This document shows, piece after piece, positions 58,682-64,000 of a stretch of 64,000 nucleotides of DNA. Position 1 is the stretch's first letter. Each line of letters begins with the position of its first letter. The notes beneath the pieces are model-generated. The model made no database searches. It saw nothing but the letters and a program-made list of their open reading frames with translations, and was not told where the DNA came from. The stretch comes from an uncultured Fibrobacterota bacterium (GTDB lineage: Bacteria > Fibrobacterota > Chitinivibrionia > Chitinivibrionales > FEN-1185): NCBI GenBank assembly GCA_963753345.1, contig CAVWBU010000027.1, positions 128,001-192,000 on the forward strand. The letters run 5' to 3'. The position numbers were made by a program, and so were the translations under genes.

Positions 58682-59064
58682 AAAACAACATTCTTGTCAT
58701 CGAAGACAACGAGCAAAACCTCTACCTCGTGACATTTCTGTTGGAACAAAGTGGCATTAAGATTTTCGCGGCCCGAAGCGGACCCGAAGGAATCATACTG
58801 GCAGGCCGGATTCAGCCCGATTTAATTCTTCTCGATATCCAATTGCCATTGATGGACGGCTATGCGGTGGCGCGGGAATTGAGGCGCAATTCGGCCCTGC
58901 GGGACGTGCCTATCATAGCGGTGACTTCCTACGCGATGGTGGGCGATCGGGAGCGCGCTTTGGAAGCAGGGTGTGTGGGCTATATCGAAAAGCCGATTAA
59001 TCCGGCAACATTCTTGTCTGAAATTGAGCGCTATCTGCCTGCGCCTGGGAAAATGAACGGCTGA
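58678..59064 (+). CDS. Single-domain response regulator (DivK/CheY-like)
   Basis: ILVIEDN, LLDIQLPLMDG, AVTSYAMVGD, EKPI; ATGA overlap with the kinase. Confidence 0.92.
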   Translation: MKNNILVIEDNEQNLYLVTFLLEQSGIKIFAARSGPEGIILAGRIQPDLILLDIQLPLMDGYAVARELRRNSALRDVPIIAVTSYAMVGDRERALEAGCVGYIEKPINPATFLSEIERYLPAPGKMNG

Positions 59065-59074
59065 TGGGAGGCCC

Positions 59075-62000
59075 ATGAAAAAACTTCTCATTGTTGACGA
59101 CAATGAACAAAACCTGTACATGCTGCAGGTGCTTTTGTCGGCAAAGGTTTTCAAGTGGTACAAGCATCGAACGGCGCCGAAGCTCTGGATAAGGCGCGGT
59201 TGGCGCCCGAACTGATTATCTCAGACTGTTGATGCGGTGATGGACGGTTACGCTTCTGCACTATTGGAAGAACGACGAGCTCTCAGAAATACTTTTGTAG
59301 TGTACACGCCACTATACGGACGCGAAAGATGAGCACTTGCTCGGAGTTTGGGAGAGGAAGATTTATTTAAAAGGAATTGAAGCATTATGGTGCATAAAAA
59401 TGTGCTGGTGAAAGCGAAGCAAGGCAAACTGTCCCCGGTGCGTGAGCCGCGAGCGATAAAAAGGCATTGATGAATGAATACAGTGAAGTCCTGATCCGTA
59501 AATTGGAGGAAAAAGCTCTGCAGCTGCAACAAGCCAACGCACGCTTGAGAAGGACATCGCAGAGCGTAAAAAAACGGAGATTGCCTTGCGCCTCGATGGC
59601 GAGATAATGGCCAATATGGCCGAAGGCGTCCAGTTGACGAGAGAAAATGATGCGGTAATAGTTTATGTAAATACACAGTTTGAAAAGATGTTTGGTTACA
59701 GCCCGGGGGAATTGCTCGGGAAGCGTGTCTCTGTGCTTAATGCGTCTTCCGAAAAATCTTCCAGAGGCACGGCGGATGATATTATCCGAACTCTTGAGAA
59801 CAAGGGTACGTGGGATGGAGAAATCTTTAACGTAAGGAAAAACGGCGCGACATTCTGGTGTCATGCGAGCATTTCCACATTCGTCCATCCGGATCATGGG
59901 AAGGTTTGGATTTCGGTTCAGCAGGACATAACCGAGCGCAAACGGGCGGAGGAAGCGTTGCGCGAGAGCGAGGAGAAATACCGGAGCCTTGTGGACGGCG
60001 CCAGCGAAGCAATTCTTGTAGTGCAGGACGGTATGCTCAAATTCGTCAACCGCAGTGCCGTGGAGCTTGCGGGGTATACGGAACAGGACCTTATTGGGAA
60101 ATCTTTTACGGAATTATTTACCCGGATGATCGAAAGATGGTGGCGGATAGTTATGTGAAACGGATGAAAGGCGATTCTGCAACGTCGAGATATGAATTCA
60201 GGCTGTTTGCTGACGACATAAAATGGGTGGAAATAAACGCGGTCATCATAAATTGGAAAGGCAAGACTGCCACGTTGAATTTTCTCACCGACATCACCGA
60301 GCGCAAGCAGGCCGAAGATGTCCAACGCCGGAATTCGCATGATATGGAGTTCCTTTCACGCTCGGCAATGACGCTTGTTGAGTTGACGTTTGAAAAAGAC
60401 GTTTATCAGTATATAGGAGAACTGCTCAAGGAAATACTTCCGGAAAATACGGTGGCGGCCGTGAGTGAATTTGACGAATCCACGCGTGCATTTCACGGGA
60501 GGAACATCATTGGAATTGACAAGACGATTGGAGTGATAAGAAAAATCCTCGGCAAGGACCCCATGGAGCTTTCCGGCGACTTCGGGCCTACGGCGAAAAA
60601 AGCCTTGTTGAGCGGAAAACTGCAGAAGATAGACATGGGCTTGCAAGACTTTGCACAGATCATCCCTGATAGCATCGCTCGCGCCATAGAGAAGCTTCTC
60701 GGTATAAAGGCGTTCTTTGTTATCGGTTTTGTCAAGGAGGGTAAAGTGTTGGGCGGCCTCTCCATTTTCCTTCGCAAGGAGAGCGTGCTTGCCAATCCCG
60801 GCGCTATAGAGGCCTTTGCGGCACAGGCCGCAATAGCGATTGCGAAAAGGAAAGCCGAACAGTCGCTGCGCGAGAGCGAGGAGCGGTACCACACGTTGTT
60901 CGATGACGCCAAGGACGGGATCGCGCTAGCCGATGCCGAAACCGGAAGGATTGTCGAGTGCAACCAGGCGTTGTGCAGAATGGTCGGGATGGACAAAGAG
61001 GAACTTGTCGGGCAGATGCAGTCGTTCATTCATCCTCCGCAGACTCTGGTCAATGGAGAATCGGCGGGCTATATGAAGTATAAGAGAGGCGATCCGGAGA
61101 TGATCCTTGAAGAACAGCTTATATCGAAAAGCGGCGAATTGACACCGGTGGAAATCAAGGCCGCCCGTGTCCAGATGAACGGCCAAGACTACATGCTGGG
61201 GATCTTCCGCGACATCTCGGAGCGTAAACAACATGAAAAGGAAAAGGAACACCTCCAGGCCCAGCTTCTCCAGGCCCAGAAAATGGAGGCCGTAGGCACA
61301 TTGGCCGGCGGCGTGGCCCACGACTTCAACAATCTCCTCACCGCCATTTCGGGCTTCACGACGCTGGCCATGGGGAAAATAGACGAATCCGATCCCAGTG
61401 CAAAGGGACCTGAAACAGGTGAGCATCGCGGCGACAAAGGCCGCCGGTCGTCACACGCCAGCTCCTTCTTTTCAGCAGGAAACAGCACATGGAGCCTATG
61501 CCGATGGACCTCAATGCCACAATCAGCCGCCTGCTTAAAATGCTCGACAGGCTTATCGGGGAAGACATTGTCGATTGAGACAGACCTGGAAAAGGGCATG
61601 TGGAGCATTCTGGGCGACGAGGGAAATATCGAGCAGGTGCTCATGAACCTTGTCGGTAAATGCAAGGGACGCCATGCCCGAAGGCGGAAAATTATTCATC
61701 AAGACCGAGAATGTGACCATCGATGATGAATATTGTCGTCACGTACAAGACGGCCCGCCCCGGACGCTTTGTCTGCCTGTCGGTATCGGACACCGGCACA
61801 GGCATGGACGAACTGACGCTGGAGCACATTTTTGAACCGTTTTTCACCACAAAGCCGCAAGGCAAGGGAACAGGGCTCGGTTTGTCCGTGGTGTTCGGCA
61901 TCGTCGAGCAGCACAAGGGCTGGATAAATGTTTATAGCGAACTCGGACATGGCACTACGTTTAAGGTTTATTTCCCGTCTTCATCCGCCAGGTCCCGAAC

Positions 62001-62423
62001 AAAAAAGCAAAGAAGATGGTCCCCGCTTGCTTCCTTGGAGGGAAAAGGCGAGCGCATCATGATCGTTGAGGACCAGGCCGAGGTGCGTGCGACTCGCGAA
62101 GGAAATGCTTGCAACAAACGGATATTCGGTGTTCACGGTTTCAACCGCAAAAGAGGCGATGGAACTGTTTGAAAAGGAAAACGGCAGAATTCGACCTGGT
62201 ATTCAGCGATGTCGTTCTCCCAGATAGGTCCGGGATCCTGCTGGTGCAGGAGTTGCTGAAACGCTGGAAATTCGAGGTTATCATCACGAGCGGCTATACG
62301 GACGAAAAAGCTCATTGGGACTTTATAAAGGAGCACAACTATCGCTTTTTACACAAGCCATATGCCGTGCGCGATCTTTTGCAGGCGGTAAGGGAAGTGC
62401 TGGACGAAAAACGAGAAAGTTGA
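59075..62423 (+). pseudogene. Hybrid histidine kinase (REC-PAS-PAS-GAF-like-PAS-HisKA-HATPase-REC) broken by many frameshifts; decay or sequencing error
   Basis: Starts MKKLLIVDDNEQNLYML at 59075. Pieces continue across frames in ORFs 59586, 59858, 61650, 61723 and 62109 ([41 protein letters not shown]). Confidence 0.8.
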
Positions 62424-62436
62424 CAGGTGAATAACT

Positions 62437-63399
62437 ATGGAAAGATTAAAAGTCCTTATCGCCGATGACGACGGATCAATCAGGACCCTGGTAAAAGAGT
62501 ATCTGGAACAGAAAGGTTTCAGGGTCATTGTTGCGGTAAACGGAAATGAAGCCGTGATCCTGGAAGAAAGGTTACGGCCCGACCTGGTAATTCTGGACGT
62601 GGAAATGCCGGTGATGAGCGGGCTTGAAGCATGCAAAGCCATTCGGGCAAAACGGAGCGGTATTCATTACGTGCCGATTATTTTCCTAAGCGGCATTCTG
62701 GTGGAAGGCGCGGTTATCATGGGCCTGCAAATAGGCGCGGATGACTACGTACGGAAACCGTTTGAGGCCCTCGAACTTGTGAGCCGCATCAACAACCTCA
62801 TCAAAATGAAGAAATTCATTGAGCAGGTGGAATCAATCGAAAACGTGATTTTCTCCCTTGTCAAATCCATCGAAGCGCGGGATTCCTACACCGCCGGACA
62901 TTGCAGGCGCGTGGCCGAAATTTCGTCGAAGCTTGGCAAAGAGCTGGGGCTGTCCGGCGAGGAAATAAAAATCATCCATAAGAGTTCCATGCTGCACGAC
63001 GTCGGGAAAATCGGGGTGCCGGACCAGATACTCAATAAACAGGGCAAACTGCTTGATGAGGAGTTCACCCGAATCAAGGAGCATCCCGCGAGCGGCGGGG
63101 AAATCTGCGGGTGTCTGCGGCTCGCCGAACAATCTCTTGACATCATACGGCACCACCACGAAAAACTTGACGGAAGCGGATACCCTGACGGGTTGAAAGC
63201 GGAACAGATCAGCAGGTATGTGAGGATCGTCACCGTGGCGGACATCTACGACGCTCTGACGACCGACAGGCCCTACCGTGTGTCAAAAAGTGTTCCCGAT
63301 GCGATTGGCACATTGAAAAAAGAGGCTTCCGAAGGAAAACTGGACACGGGCATCGTGAACTGCATGGAGAAAATTTCCTACGGACAACAGGCCGCATGA
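62437..63399 (+). CDS. REC-HD-GYP cyclic di-GMP phosphodiesterase (RpfG-like)
   Basis: REC (ADDD, LDVEMP, KPF); EARDSYTAGHCRRV; LHDVGKIG; HHHEKLDGSGYPDGL; ADIYDALTTDRPYR. Confidence 0.93.
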   Translation: MERLKVLIADDDGSIRTLVKEYLEQKGFRVIVAVNGNEAVILEERLRPDLVILDVEMPVMSGLEACKAIRAKRSGIHYVPIIFLSGILVEGAVIMGLQIGADDYVRKPFEALELVSRINNLIKMKKFIEQVESIENVIFSLVKSIEARDSYTAGHCRRVAEISSKLGKELGLSGEEIKIIHKSSMLHDVGKIGVPDQILNKQGKLLDEEFTRIKEHPASGGEICGCLRLAEQSLDIIRHHHEKLDGSGYPDGLKAEQISRYVRIVTVADIYDALTTDRPYRVSKSVPDAIGTLKKEASEGKLDTGIVNCMEKISYGQQAA

Positions 63400-63642
63400 C
63401 CACAGGCCATGTTCTGCCCAGAAGCCGCCGACTCCTGTCGCAGAGCAATATTGTATTTTAAATAAGTACGTGAGGAAGGGGAGGGCTGAGGTCTATTTTG
63501 ATTGGGTTGAAGAATAGCTTCTTTGTTGTCAATAACTCACCATAAATTCGCAGCCGACACCGAAGAGATGATTTTTGTCTTTATTTTGTCTTTATCGGCT
63601 AAGAAGTGCCGAATTTCGCAGGAAAAACGCGAACCAGAGGAC

Positions 63643-63683
63643 TTAGCAAACCGTTGCCTTCAGCCACTCGGCCACCCCTCCAA
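63643..63683. repeat. att-like direct repeat, right copy = displaced 5' half of tRNA-Ser(GCT)
   Basis: 41/41 identical to 56038-56078; identity stops exactly at the edge of the anticodon loop. Confidence 0.92.
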
Positions 63684-63723
63684 ACGAGGATTGTCAAGCG
63701 CGGAATCAAAAAAATGATGTCTA

Positions 63724-63752
63724 AATATACTACGTAAGGATTTGCATTACAA
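63724..63752 (-). promoter_or_regulatory. Putative original tRNA-Ser promoter
   Basis: Minus strand TTGTAA-17 bp-TATATT, about 40 bp upstream of the tRNA 5' fragment; same -10 hexamer as other candidate promoters in the window. Confidence 0.55.
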
Positions 63753-63849
63753 GCCCGGCATCACGGCTTGAGGAAATCGAGTCCCAGCGCCGAATCGCCC
63801 GTGCGCTTCAAGAACGGAACCCCGTCCCGACGGCCTGGAAATATTGCAC

Positions 63850-63878
63850 TTGCATTGGCTTCCCCTTTGCAGTAGAAT
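63850..63878 (+). promoter_or_regulatory. Putative promoter for the gene starting at 63916
   Basis: TTGCAT-17 bp-TAGAAT. Confidence 0.55.
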
Positions 63879-63915
63879 TAGTTTATACTGTGCAATGTTA
63901 ACATGTTAGGGTGAC

Positions 63916-64000
63916 ATGGATTCCATTAAACGCTCCTATCATAGATACCTTAGGTATTTCCTTTCCAAGGACGATGCCACTGCCACGCCCTACGATAAAT
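63916..64000 (+). CDS. glgP: Probable glycogen phosphorylase, N-terminal 28 aa only
   Basis: MDSIKRSYHRYLRYFLSKDDATATPYDK resembles the phosphorylase N-terminus (L.Y.L.KD...AT..D); only a short fragment is visible. Confidence 0.55.
   Translation, partial: MDSIKRSYHRYLRYFLSKDDATATPYDK

Larger units (their letters stand above)
56038..63683. mobile_element. Genomic island at tRNA-Ser(GCT), about 7.6 kb, no integrase visible
   Basis: 41-bp direct repeats at both ends, AT-rich ends, lower GC by eye, cargo of signalling genes only. Confidence 0.8.

Noticed and set aside
63523-63717. 64-aa ORF
   Set aside because: Translates the tRNA fragment (LANRCLQPLGHPS) and att region.
1-64000. CRISPR array, rRNA, transposase, integrase, reverse transcriptase or phage genes
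   Set aside because: No regularly spaced repeats or diagnostic motifs recognised by eye; a profile search could still find degraded remnants.

Overview
Bacterial chromosomal segment, moderately GC-rich by eye. It is most likely Fibrobacterota (Chitinivibrionales-like), inferred from a TIGR02147-type gene paired with a DUF2341/LamG protein and from a T9SS-like C-terminal tail. Positions 1-55.9 kb are mostly housekeeping backbone: a partial mglA missed by the ORF track, lysA, rpsT, tkt, a Kef-type antiporter, dus, queA, ugd, trpB2, pdxB, gnd, aroF, purD, purE, tsaC, tRNA-Leu(CAA) and tRNA-Ser(GCT), plus many poorly characterised proteins. Main observations: (1) A 7.6-kb signalling island with no visible integrase sits at tRNA-Ser(GCT). 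It is bounded by an exact 41-bp direct repeat that is the 5' half of the tRNA ending at the anticodon loop, so the intact tRNA has been separated from its apparent native promoter. (2) A PHP / UbiA prenyltransferase / TPR / ferredoxin / archaeal-type geranylgeranyl reductase operon resembles archaeal ether-lipid genes. (3) Two families of small structured dispersed repeats at ~19.0-19.5 kb and ~23.3 kb, one nested inside the other. (4) Several proteins with unusual architecture and an unannotated 48-aa basic ORF. All protein calls come from motif recognition by eye; no database searches were run.
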